DNA of 46,396 nucleotides, taken from assembly GCA_051532035.1 (NCBI GenBank), contig JAOPTW010000048.1, positions 1 to 46,396 on the forward strand. The letters run 5' to 3'. Source of the DNA: Fibrobacterales bacterium. Its GTDB lineage: Bacteria > Fibrobacterota > Fibrobacteria > Fibrobacterales > JAOPTW01. A program made the translations under genes and the position numbers. Of the stretch, positions 29,101 to 37,831 are shown piece after piece (the stretch's first letter is position 1; every line of letters starts with the position of its first letter). The notes beneath the pieces are model-generated. The model ran no database searches and had not been told where the DNA came from. It was given only the letters and a program-made list of their open reading frames with translations.

Positions 29101-29834
29101 ATAGCCCTATTCAACGTATCGGTAAAAATAATAAGATCATCAACGGTATTATGCTTGGTGCAGAGTACCACTGATTTGATAGTGAGTTGGAGTAGATTGA
29201 GCGCATAGGAGAGTGTGTAGATAAAGAAAGGAGTGTCTTGTCCGAGTACTTTTAAATACGTATTACTTTCATCAAAGTCAATGCTAATATCCAGAGGTGC
29301 AACTATGGGGGTATTGGTGCTTTCTGCAGTGGTAATAAATTGACCAACGAGGGTGTTCACCCGATGACGTACAGCGACCATACCACTTTTGTGATAGAGA
29401 GCTAGAAAGTCATGTAAATGGAGTGAGATGAGCTCTTGAATTGTTTCAGTGGATTGTTCTGTGTAAACTTGAAACCAGTTAAAAGCTTTAGGTTTATCAA
29501 GATAGAAATCCGTGGGCACATCTTCGGGTTTTGAGGTATAGGTAAAGCCTCGTGCTGAATCAATGTTTAGTCCCGAGACGGCGAGAGCACCTGTTGCAAT
29601 GGAAAAGAATCCTTGGAAATCATATGCAATGAGGGTGATTTCAACAATGCCTGGGGTTTTGGACTGAGTAGCGCAAAGAAAAGGGTTCTTTTTTAGATGA
29701 GTAAGGGCATTGAGATGCTCTTCAATGTCCATATCATTAAAGAAAGCATAATAATCACTCTGTAAGCGTTTATCATGATGTTTCCAGACGTCCCCGAAGG
29801 AGTCCTCAAATTTTTTGAATGGTGTGGTTCTCAT
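26124..29834 (-). CDS. glnE: Glutamine synthetase adenylyltransferase/removase with two N-terminal ACT domains
   Basis: Two nucleotidyltransferase motifs (GLGKYGSVEMGYASDLE; AMGKLGGHELNYSSDID), DLRLRPDG/DTNLRPYG, GGLVDIEY/GGIRTIEF; near glnA. Confidence 0.88.
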   Translation of the reverse strand: MRTTPFKKFEDSFGDVWKHHDKRLQSDYYAFFNDMDIEEHLNALTHLKKNPFLCATQSKTPGIVEITLIAYDFQGFFSIATGALAVSGLNIDSARGFTYTSKPEDVPTDFYLDKPKAFNWFQVYTEQSTETIQELISLHLHDFLALYHKSGMVAVRHRVNTLVGQFITTAESTNTPIVAPLDISIDFDESNTYLKVLGQDTPFFIYTLSYALNLLQLTIKSVVLCTKHNTVDDLIIFTDTLNRAITQQNELQKIKVSVALIKQFFTYLPQASDYSSSIQHFYSFLKNYLQDDQNDFEYLKNNSETILEHMAKLFGSGNSVWEDFTKNQQENLLPLFKNIKELQRIKSKDTLTMELWDTLSAELDFDEKIIRINSFKDNELLRLELSHQMLNRVNFSIFSQKLSQLADVIIAAMLDCCYEKTKERYGSPRYNQQSCPYAFIGLGKYGSVEMGYASDLELVFLYKENQQCSGGRTPASNQEFFNRMIELFTRSFKAKKEGIFDLDLRLRPDGEKGALACSLRRWKEYYLEKESTLSYEKLALTKTRIITRNDSFQKEILTIRDTILYDTYHIKSQPLYELRQKQIAHLTKPNSFNAKISRGGLVDIEYPIQYLQVLHGRSIPELRYTNIPGVMIILLNKELISASLYEKLFNGYAFFHRLINNLRVTSGNAKDLELPPTESSEFLFLSRRMKYRRTESHYSTLQGDIEYYSYNNALFYDSIFNPNYKSAEAYLPGLVDAVTEELTPLKIEHILQRLELSTQNKTLSILKRILKENQAQMPLLLSLYALMEKYLKRSPAAEKIVMNLEYLLKNTTEDLSQLILAISNDTSYLEMLLHLFAQSDFLANVYTNDPEILHKLIDSGNLKVKKPYDQFTKDIVSKCAPFVDDHDEFLNRIRQYRNDEYIRISLRDSYLNSSLGQIVSEISDLSYAICNAIYHYTFQMMGYSHLSNSQIVIAMGKLGGHELNYSSDIDILFVVVDTDISRDERTILEKINNRFIKALHESSPFGQLFRVDTNLRPYGAQGAMLAIRKHYVDYYTNEAQGWELQIWLKAAPLCGNYSEGIRLIEEIQAILFEPKRLSTIQTSMEKLRYIVLDSLAKDSLLEREVKNGPGGIRTIEFYVQRLQVIHGSQYPELVTGNTLKALFILSQHLIITHTECDELSEHYSFLRAIEHTLQINGLQQLHLLPDSDEELRLIAFKLNYRDIHKHHIRERFLEDYAQSRNAIIKISHQIFPERVY

Positions 29835-29851
29835 ATAATAGATATATAACC

Positions 29852-29881
29852 AAAAAAGCAGCCTCAGGAGGCTGCTTTTTT
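29852..29881 (-). terminator. Intrinsic terminator after dsbA-like gene (potentially bidirectional)
   Basis: A6-GCAGCCTC-AG-GAGGCTGC-T6. Confidence 0.85.
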
Positions 29882-29901
29882 AAATCTGAATGAGAGTAAT
29901 T

Positions 29902-30603
29902 CTATTTATTAAGCATTTGAGCGATAACACCCAATGACATTGCTTTAGTATGTTTTTTGCCATTGATGTAAAAAGAAGGAGTTCCACGTACGCCTACTGA
30001 TGAACCAAGAGCCATATCTGCTTTAATAGTCGCATCAGCTTTTGGATCGAGAGCCATATCTTTTTTGAACTGCTCCATGTTCAACCCGATTTTTTGAGCA
30101 ACAGCAATAAAGCTTGCTTCTGTGAGGCTTTTGTATTGTGGTGCAAGTTCGTTTCTGAATTCAAAGAATTTACCTTGGTTGTGAGCTGCAATTGACGCTG
30201 CGTGCGCTGCAGGTGCTTGTTTGTGAAAGCTGAGTGGGAAATGTTTAAAAACAAGGCGAACTTGATCTGGATATTTTGTCATGATACGTTGTACTTGCTC
30301 TGTCGCACGTGCACAGTATGGACATTGAAAGTCAGAAAACTCAACAATAGTGATTTTAGGATCTTTAGCGCCCATTACAGGACTGGTTCCCTCAGGAATT
30401 TCGTGTGCAGTCTCTGCAACCATTTTTTGCTGTTTAATGCTCGCAAGACTCGAACCTTTGCTTTTCAAATACCATTTAATGAGGTCGAGCTCTTCTTGGA
30501 TGGTAGCTATTTCTTTGTTAGAAGAACTTTTAGTGTCCCCTTCAGCCTGACAAGCCATAATTGAGACAAGTATGATAGCTGCGCTAAATATGAGTTTTTT
30601 CAT
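29902..30603 (-). CDS. DsbA-family thioredoxin-fold lipoprotein
   Basis: IMAC lipobox; EFSDFQCPYC, FKHFPL, VRGTPSFYING; start reset to ATG 30603. Confidence 0.9.
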   Translation of the reverse strand: MKKLIFSAAIILVSIMACQAEGDTKSSSNKEIATIQEELDLIKWYLKSKGSSLASIKQQKMVAETAHEIPEGTSPVMGAKDPKITIVEFSDFQCPYCARATEQVQRIMTKYPDQVRLVFKHFPLSFHKQAPAAHAASIAAHNQGKFFEFRNELAPQYKSLTEASFIAVAQKIGLNMEQFKKDMALDPKADATIKADMALGSSVGVRGTPSFYINGKKHTKAMSLGVIAQMLNK

Positions 30604-30790
30604 TGTTGTACCTTTTAACATCCCTGCTTTTGGGGTGTGAATTATAAATTATCACCATAATATAACAAGTTAGGCCGATTTTGAATAGCAAAAGTAGAGT
30701 TTTTTACTATTTCACATTACTTGTCCTAACATTAAGAAATAGCTATATTTCGCAAAAAATAACCCTAATACAAAGATAAAGGAAAAATCA

Positions 30791-32713
30791 ATGACAACTG
30801 CTGCTCCAGAAAAGATGGAATTTCAGACGGAAGTTAAACAGCTTCTGAATCTCATGATACACTCTCTCTATTCACATAAAGAGATCTTCTTACGTGAGTT
30901 GATATCAAATTCGTCAGATGCTCTTGATAAAATACGCTTTGAGTCACTTACCAACAAAGACCTTCTTGGTGAAGACAGTGATTTGAAAATTTCTATTTCG
31001 CTTGATGAAGAAAAAAATATCATCACTATCGCTGATAATGGTATCGGTATGAATCACGATGACCTTATTGCAAATCTTGGTACTATTGCTCGTTCTGGTA
31101 CTAAAGCATTTATGGAAAACATTAGTGGTGATGATAAAAAAGATATGAGTCTTATTGGTCAATTTGGTGTAGGGTTTTACTCGCTTTTTATGGTTGCTTC
31201 AAGTGTTGAAGTGCTGACAAAAAAAGCACATGATGAAAAAGGTTGGTCGTGGAAGTCTGAAGGGACTGGTGAATTCACCATTGAAGAAGCTGAGCGTGAG
31301 AGCCGTGGAACAAGCCTTATTATTCATCTTAAAGAAGAAGAGAAAGAGTATGTAGGGACCTGGAAAGTAAAATCGTTGGTTACTAAATATTCTGAATATG
31401 TAACACACCCTATTGAACTTACCTACCTTGAAACAGTTCCTGCTGATGAAGAGAAAAAAGTAGAAGAGACCACTGAGATCAAAAAAGAGATTCTCAATGC
31501 AAAACCTGCACTTTGGAGACGCCCTAAGAAAGAGGTGACTCAAGAGCAGTATGATGAATTCTATCAGCACGTTTCTAATGATTACAACAAGCCGTTGACA
31601 CAATCTCATAATAAAGTTGAAGGAACACTTGAGTATTCTTCACTCCTTTTTATTCCGGGTAAAGCGCCTTTCGATCTATATAACCAAGATTCAAAAACAG
31701 GGCTGAAACTTTATGTAAAACGTATTTTCATCATGGATGAGTGCAAAGAACTTGTACCGACGTACCTACGTTTTATCAAAGGAATCATTGACTCTGAAGA
31801 TCTTCCACTGAACGTTTCTCGTGAAATTTTGCAGTCAAACAAAGTTGTAGATAACATCAAGAAACATGTAACTACTAAATCTCTTGCGATGTTAAAAGAT
31901 TTAGCTGAAAACAAACCTGAAGAGTATCTCACTTTCTGGAAAGAAATGGGTAATGTGCTTAAAGAAGGTTTTTACATGAATTTTGAAAACTTAGATGAGC
32001 TTAAAGCACTGCTCCGTTTTCAATCTACTGATGGTTCATCTGAAAATGATTATACGGCACTTACAGAGTATGTTAAACGTATGCGTGAGTCTCAAGAGGA
32101 TATATACTATATCACTGGTGAGTCTCGAAATGCTGTTGAATCAAGCCCTCACTTAGAAATGTTCAAAGATAAAGGTATCGAAGTCCTCTATCTTGTTGAT
32201 CCTATTGATGAATGGGTCACTCAGTCTCTTACTGAATTTGATGGTAAGAAGTTGAAGAATATTACTAAAGGTGATATTGATCTCGACGATGATGAGACCA
32301 AAGAAGAGAATAAAAAAGCTGAGAAAGAAGCTAAATCAAAACTCAAAGGAATCATCGAAGCGATTCAAACGAAACTTGATGAAGAGATAAAAGAAGTGAG
32401 AATCTCTAAACGCTTAAAAGACTCTCCTTGTTGTTTGATTGCTGATGAGAATGATATGGGTGCCAATATGGAACGTATCATGAAAATGAGTGGACAAGAA
32501 CTCCCTAAGTCTAAGAAAATTATGGAGATAAACCCCGATCATAAAATCTGGCAACATGTTGATACTCTCTTTAAAGCAGATAAAAAAGATGCAACAGTAA
32601 ATGAGTGGATAGAAGTAATGTACGATCAAGCGCTTCTTGCAGAAGGCACAGAGCTTAAAAGCCCTGGTGACTTTGTGAAGAAAATGAACGCACTTCTTTC
32701 TAAAACGGTTTAG
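30791..32713 (+). CDS. htpG: Molecular chaperone Hsp90
   Basis: SLYSHKEIFLRELISN, IGQFGVGFYS, DSEDLPLNVSRE. Confidence 0.97.
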   Translation: MTTAAPEKMEFQTEVKQLLNLMIHSLYSHKEIFLRELISNSSDALDKIRFESLTNKDLLGEDSDLKISISLDEEKNIITIADNGIGMNHDDLIANLGTIARSGTKAFMENISGDDKKDMSLIGQFGVGFYSLFMVASSVEVLTKKAHDEKGWSWKSEGTGEFTIEEAERESRGTSLIIHLKEEEKEYVGTWKVKSLVTKYSEYVTHPIELTYLETVPADEEKKVEETTEIKKEILNAKPALWRRPKKEVTQEQYDEFYQHVSNDYNKPLTQSHNKVEGTLEYSSLLFIPGKAPFDLYNQDSKTGLKLYVKRIFIMDECKELVPTYLRFIKGIIDSEDLPLNVSREILQSNKVVDNIKKHVTTKSLAMLKDLAENKPEEYLTFWKEMGNVLKEGFYMNFENLDELKALLRFQSTDGSSENDYTALTEYVKRMRESQEDIYYITGESRNAVESSPHLEMFKDKGIEVLYLVDPIDEWVTQSLTEFDGKKLKNITKGDIDLDDDETKEENKKAEKEAKSKLKGIIEAIQTKLDEEIKEVRISKRLKDSPCCLIADENDMGANMERIMKMSGQELPKSKKIMEINPDHKIWQHVDTLFKADKKDATVNEWIEVMYDQALLAEGTELKSPGDFVKKMNALLSKTV

Positions 32714-32740
32714 TTGATAAAACGTTGATACTTTTAATGT

Positions 32741-32771
32741 AGGCTGCCTCAATCGAGGCAGCCTTTTTTTT
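32741..32771 (+). terminator. Intrinsic terminator after htpG
   Basis: AGGCTGCCTC-AATC-GAGGCAGCCT followed by a T run. Confidence 0.9.
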
Positions 32772-32891
32772 GTTAAGTGCAGTAAGTTGAATAAAAATAT
32801 GCCATTGCGGCAATGTGCTCGTTAAAATTTTAGCCACAAACTGGCGTAATATCTCTATATTTAATTAAGTACAAAATTAAGTAGGTTAATT

Positions 32892-33212
32892 ATGCAGAAA
32901 CGAAGAGGAAGGCCGCCACTCTCTCCTGAAGAGAAAATTCGTCGCCAAGAGCAAAAAGAGGAACAGATTGGTTACAATCTCCTTCTTCCTGTTCAATTGC
33001 ATGAGAGGCTTAATACAAAGATTTTTGATAGTGGTATCTCTAAAAAAGAGACTATGGAACGCCTTATACAGGTGTATCTTCATGGGGTATATGGAACCGT
33101 TCCCAAAGAGACTCGTGATGCCTTTTATGAAAAAGTTCAAAAGAGTGGCCAAACTGTAAGTCAAGCAATCGAAAAATCACTAAAACTTTACTTATCAGAG
33201 GATGCATCCTAA
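32892..33212 (+). CDS. Putative DNA-binding protein (AT-hook plus tandem ribbon-helix-helix-like units)
   Basis: KRRGRPP; YNLLLPVQLHERL...GISKKETMERLIQVYL and GTVPKETRDAFYEKV..SGQTVSQAIEKSLKLYL patterns; TAATG coupling to mraY. Confidence 0.6.
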   Translation: MQKRRGRPPLSPEEKIRRQEQKEEQIGYNLLLPVQLHERLNTKIFDSGISKKETMERLIQVYLHGVYGTVPKETRDAFYEKVQKSGQTVSQAIEKSLKLYLSEDAS

Positions 33213-34336
33213 TGCTTAGTCAACTACTATATGAACTCACCAATATGAGTATTTTTGAAGGCCGCCTTTTTCGAGTAGGTGCCGCAGCACTCTCTGCTAT
33301 TATCATGGTGATGATTTTCATGCCTCTCTATATTAAGTTTCTCCATAAGATTGATGCCACTTCAGATTTTGACAAATCCTCTGAACATAAATCACCACCA
33401 ATAATGGGTGGTCTTTTGTTGGTGATCGTCTCAATTATTTCTTCTCTCTGTTTTGCCCACCAAAATAGCTATGTGATTTCTACCCTCGCTATTTTAGCGG
33501 CCTATGCAGGTGTTGGTGCCTTGGATGATATTGCAAAGATTAAGAATAAACGGCTGGTTTCGATTGGGAAAATTTCACCGGCAGAATATCAAGATAAAGC
33601 TGATGGTATTTCGTCGACTCTCAGACTCTTTCTCTATTTTTTCTTTAGTTTTGTTGTGGCAGCGTTTGCGTATAAATTTATTCCTGAGCTTAATGGACAC
33701 CTTACGGTACCATTCATGAAGGATGCTGATTTTTATCTTCCTAAATGGCTCTTTATCCCCTTCATGTCATTCTTTATTGCAGCTACAGCCAATGGAACAA
33801 ACTTTACCGATGGGCTCGACTCACTCGTTTCGGTCCCCATTATGACCGCAATGACTTTTATTGGGTTGGTTGCATACATCAGTGGTAATTTCATATTTTC
33901 GCAGTATCTTAACCTCACCTTTTTACCGGGTGTTGATGAACTCTTCCCTATTGCTGGTGCTATTATTGGGTCACTCCTTGCCTACCTTTGGTTCAACTCG
34001 CCTCCAGCGCAGATTTACATGGGTGATGCGGGTTCTATTGGATTTGGTGGTGCTATTGGTATTATGTTTATTTTTATCCAGGCAGAGCTCTTTTTGCCGA
34101 TCATCTGTTTCATTATATTAATAGAAGCCCTCTCGGTTGTAATGCAGATCAGCTATTTTAAAATGACACGTAAAAGAATATTTTTATGTGCTCCTATACA
34201 TCACCATTTTCAAATAAAATGGAAAGATCAGTTTAAATCAAAGCCACTTCTCAATTCTAAAATTGTGTGGCGCTTTCATCTAGTCTCAATAGTTATGTTG
34301 ATTTTGGGACTCGTCATTTTCTTTAAGGCACGCTAA
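33212..34336 (+). CDS. mraY: Phospho-MurNAc-pentapeptide transferase family (divergent MraY)
   Basis: PIMGG, GALDD, NFTDGLD, LWFNSPPAQIYMGDAGS, APIHHHF. Confidence 0.82.
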   Translation: MLSQLLYELTNMSIFEGRLFRVGAAALSAIIMVMIFMPLYIKFLHKIDATSDFDKSSEHKSPPIMGGLLLVIVSIISSLCFAHQNSYVISTLAILAAYAGVGALDDIAKIKNKRLVSIGKISPAEYQDKADGISSTLRLFLYFFFSFVVAAFAYKFIPELNGHLTVPFMKDADFYLPKWLFIPFMSFFIAATANGTNFTDGLDSLVSVPIMTAMTFIGLVAYISGNFIFSQYLNLTFLPGVDELFPIAGAIIGSLLAYLWFNSPPAQIYMGDAGSIGFGGAIGIMFIFIQAELFLPIICFIILIEALSVVMQISYFKMTRKRIFLCAPIHHHFQIKWKDQFKSKPLLNSKIVWRFHLVSIVMLILGLVIFFKAR

Positions 34337-35706
34337 TGGAACATCTTACAAAAATATTATCAGAGTACAAACAAGAACACCTTGTTAGATTTTTTAACGA
34401 CCTCACTGAAGGAGAGAAGCAACAACTAGCACAGCAGTTAGAAACATTAGATTTTGCTCATGTCACTGAAATCTTTAAAAATAATGTGGCAAATCGTGAG
34501 GAAGCCATCAATACTCTCGAACCACTTCCTTTTAAAGCAATTGCAGCTACGACAAAAGAAGATATTGAACAATGGTTTTCAGCGTCTCGCGATGCATTTG
34601 CTAAAGGTGAAGTTGCGGCCTTTTTAGTTGCCGGTGGACAGGGTTCACGCCTTGGCTTTGATGGCCCAAAAGGGGCATTCGATATGGGGCTCCCGAGTGG
34701 TAAAAGCCTCTTTCAACTGCAGGCTGAACGCTTATTGAACTTAAGTAAAAATTACGGCAACTCAATTCCTTGGTATATTATGACCAGTGAGTTGAATAAT
34801 GAAGCCACCATTAATCACTTTAAAAAGTATGACTTTTTTGGGTATCCTCAAAAAGATATTCACTTTTTTAATCAAGGGATGATACCCGCCTTTAATGCAG
34901 ATGGTTCAATACTCCTCCAGAGTAAGAGTGAATTGGCTCTCGTTCCTGATGGCAATGGGGGCTGTTTTGCGGCTCTTGAGCGATCGGGCATGCTTGACAA
35001 TATGAAACAACGCGGAGTAAAGCATATATTCCTCTATGGTGTTGACAATGCATTGGTTGAAGTGTGCGACCCTGAGTATGTGGGGTACTATCTTACAGAA
35101 GGGAAAGAGGCCTCGGCAAAAGTAGTGAAGAAAGCGTATCCTGATGAAAAGGTCGGTCTCTTTGCGCTCAAGAACGGTAAGCCTGGTGTACTTGAGTATT
35201 CAGATATTGATGATGAGACACGCCAGAAAACTGATACCGCAGGAAACCTTGTATATGATGGTGGTAATATTGCAGTGCATATGATTACCGTTGCGGCAGT
35301 AGAACGGCTTCAAGAACGACCACTCCCCTATCATACCGCCTTTAAGAAAGTATCATCCATTGATGCATCTGGTGCTTTGATTAAGCCTGAAACAGAAAAT
35401 GCTTATAAATTTGAACAGTTTATGTTTGATATTTTTGGTGATGTTGGCGAACTCTCGTTGTTTGAAGTGGATCGAGCTTCTGAATTTGCTCCTATTAAAA
35501 ATGCCACCGGAAACGACTCTCCCGAAACTGCTCGTACACTCGTATTAGAGCTTCACACTCAGTGGCTCAAAGACGCAGGACTCGCTATTGATAGTGATTG
35601 TTATTATGAGATATCACCGCTCATCAGTAGTTATGGCGAAAACCTTAATCAGCAAACCTTTGATCAAGGACTCGAATCGGGTCTCATCTTTTCAGTGAAT
35701 CGGTAG
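34336..35706 (+). CDS. UDP-N-acetylhexosamine pyrophosphorylase, UAP1/AGX1 (UDPGP) family
   Basis: AGGQGSRLGFDGPKG, WYIMTS, PDGNGG, VDN, EYSD, KFEQFMFD, EFAPIKNA. Confidence 0.9.
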   Translation: MEHLTKILSEYKQEHLVRFFNDLTEGEKQQLAQQLETLDFAHVTEIFKNNVANREEAINTLEPLPFKAIAATTKEDIEQWFSASRDAFAKGEVAAFLVAGGQGSRLGFDGPKGAFDMGLPSGKSLFQLQAERLLNLSKNYGNSIPWYIMTSELNNEATINHFKKYDFFGYPQKDIHFFNQGMIPAFNADGSILLQSKSELALVPDGNGGCFAALERSGMLDNMKQRGVKHIFLYGVDNALVEVCDPEYVGYYLTEGKEASAKVVKKAYPDEKVGLFALKNGKPGVLEYSDIDDETRQKTDTAGNLVYDGGNIAVHMITVAAVERLQERPLPYHTAFKKVSSIDASGALIKPETENAYKFEQFMFDIFGDVGELSLFEVDRASEFAPIKNATGNDSPETARTLVLELHTQWLKDAGLAIDSDCYYEISPLISSYGENLNQQTFDQGLESGLIFSVNR

Positions 35707-36542
35707 TGCTGCACCGCCTCACTGCTTTACTTCTTATGAGTACGGTACGGGTAGTTGTGAAACTACCTCTACCGGTACACTTTCTTATTATAAGATTGTT
35801 CTTTGTGTTCAAAAAGAGTATCGTCCCCCGTGTAGAACAACGAATACTCTATAGAACGAGGCGCGTACCGCAACTGAACCCAGACCTCTGGAGTATCTTT
35901 AGAAATAGCTGGTTTAATACCATTGCTATGACCCGCTATGCCCTCAATCAGCGTTCCCTTTTCATAGATATTATTAAGACACAGAGTGTGGAGTCTCTTT
36001 TTTTAGATACCCAGAGCCATGTGGTTTTTGGTATTCATAGTGGTGCATTTGAGCTGATGCATCTTTGCCTCGCTAACCCCCATAAGCCGGTGTATGTTAT
36101 TACTGAAGTTGTGCACAATAAGATTGTTAATCACTGTGTGGGCCAATTACGGTCAAGAGAAAAACGCTCGAGAGAGAACCTTGTACACCTCACCCCAGAA
36201 CAGTTTGTGCAATCGTATAAGACAATTATTTCAACACCATCAATCGTTGCATTGGTGATTGATCAAGGGAGAGGTGAGCCATCGGGGAGTGTATGTATAG
36301 AGCAGTTAGACGTCCCTTATTTTGGCAAGCTTATCTACCGGCTTCATAATAAAGGCTTTGTACCTCATGCAATTAGAACAGTACCGCAAACAGTAAATCG
36401 ACACTCAATATTTTTAGATACCTATACCGGGGCAGCGGGTGATGTACTCGTTAATTATGTAGAAGAGAGTATTGTAAAGACCATTGTGAGAAACCCCCAT
36501 CAATGGATCTGGCACTATCCACGTTTTGTTGAACAAGAATAA
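35706..36542 (+). CDS. LpxL/HtrB-family acyltransferase
   Basis: HSGAFE (H4xE), LVIDQ, NPHQWIWHYPRF; TAGTG coupling. Confidence 0.72.
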   Translation: MLHRLTALLLMSTVRVVVKLPLPVHFLIIRLFFVFKKSIVPRVEQRILYRTRRVPQLNPDLWSIFRNSWFNTIAMTRYALNQRSLFIDIIKTQSVESLFLDTQSHVVFGIHSGAFELMHLCLANPHKPVYVITEVVHNKIVNHCVGQLRSREKRSRENLVHLTPEQFVQSYKTIISTPSIVALVIDQGRGEPSGSVCIEQLDVPYFGKLIYRLHNKGFVPHAIRTVPQTVNRHSIFLDTYTGAAGDVLVNYVEESIVKTIVRNPHQWIWHYPRFVEQE

Positions 36543-36544
36543 CG

Positions 36545-37831
36545 TTATTCTTGTTCCTGAGATCGGTGAATTTTGTCAAAGGCAGAATCATTGAGTGCAT
36601 TATTAAACTCACGGTGGTTTTTATAGGTGTAGTCGAAGTATCGCGCCCATAACTCATCAAACTCCATACAGAGATAGATAAAGACCTTATTCTTCCATGG
36701 CTCGAGGGCCGCAAATGCGACGTCATACATCTTGACTCTAATATCCTTGGTGTAGGTTATTTTGTTATCAGGGGTCTCTTCGGTTGGCATTTGTAAAAGT
36801 TTTGATTTAGTATAACTTTTTCGAAGGGTGTCTTCTATTCCTCTAATGAGCGTAATAGTCCCTACAGAGAACCAGAGTACTTCATCGGGGGTAAACATAT
36901 TCATAACCATTTGCACAAGGTCAGTATAGCCTTTTTCAAACCCTTGGTAGTACATCATAGGGTGCATGTGAAAGCCAACTTTTATTCCTTTGTCTGCCAG
37001 GGCACGAGCAGCACCGAGGCGCTTCTCGAGTGATGCGGTACCGTGTTCTTCGTTGGAGATAACCTCTTGAGGGTTAATAGTAAAACTTACACAGGTATTC
37101 GCAGGAATATCATTTTCGAGAAGGTATTTAATGTTATTTGATTTTGTCTTGAGTTCTAAAATGATATTGGGATACTGAGCAGACCACTCAAAAATATCCG
37201 AGAGTATATTGCCTCTGTTACCCCACAGAAGTGAGTCGGAGCTATTGCCGGTACCAATGCGGTAGGTCTCGCTTGGGTCAATATGTGTTTCGGCAAGTTT
37301 CTCTTTTAAATTGGTTGGGATGTAAATATCTGCAATTTCATAGTTATTTTGCAAAATACAATAGGTGCAGGTCATTCCACAGTTTTCTACAACGTTGAGC
37401 ACTTTAAGGTCACAACAAACACCACAGGATTTTGATGCTGCTGGGCACGTTTGTAGTATAGAGTCGGTTATTTTTTTGTCATGGTATTTGTATCGTGGAG
37501 TGCGCTCTTTCTCTGTTTCAACAGAATACTCTCTTGGCTGTGCAAGATAGTCATTGTAGGTTTCGCGAATCTGTTTAAATATCCATGCACCTTGTTGCTT
37601 AGGTTGCATCTGAGATTTGTCTGTAAGACAGACATCAATAAGCTGTTGTAGTTTTTCGAAGAATGAGTCAAAACCCCACATCTCTGCATCAATAATATAT
37701 TGGCCCATAATCTTAAGTTGAGAATGGGTAAAACGGAACTCACTTTCAAAACGTTGGAGGAGTGTTATATACTCGCTAGATATTTTGTTATAGAGTTCTT
37801 TAGGGATCGCGCTTGAAATTTTTTCTACCAT
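36545..37831 (-). CDS. Spore photoproduct lyase-family radical SAM protein
   Basis: NCGMTCTYCILQ, RIGTG..SDSL, ELKTKS, EHGTASLEKRL, YLCME. Confidence 0.85.
   Translation of the reverse strand: MVEKISSAIPKELYNKISSEYITLLQRFESEFRFTHSQLKIMGQYIIDAEMWGFDSFFEKLQQLIDVCLTDKSQMQPKQQGAWIFKQIRETYNDYLAQPREYSVETEKERTPRYKYHDKKITDSILQTCPAASKSCGVCCDLKVLNVVENCGMTCTYCILQNNYEIADIYIPTNLKEKLAETHIDPSETYRIGTGNSSDSLLWGNRGNILSDIFEWSAQYPNIILELKTKSNNIKYLLENDIPANTCVSFTINPQEVISNEEHGTASLEKRLGAARALADKGIKVGFHMHPMMYYQGFEKGYTDLVQMVMNMFTPDEVLWFSVGTITLIRGIEDTLRKSYTKSKLLQMPTEETPDNKITYTKDIRVKMYDVAFAALEPWKNKVFIYLCMEFDELWARYFDYTYKNHREFNNALNDSAFDKIHRSQEQE

Noticed and set aside
30684..30712. CIRCE-like inverted repeat upstream of htpG
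   Set aside because: It does not match TTAGCACTC-N9-GAGTGCTAA; only a weak AT-rich symmetry
29852..32771. Similar hairpins after dsbA and htpG as a repeat family
   Set aside because: Short GC stems with T tracts are fully explained as intrinsic terminators
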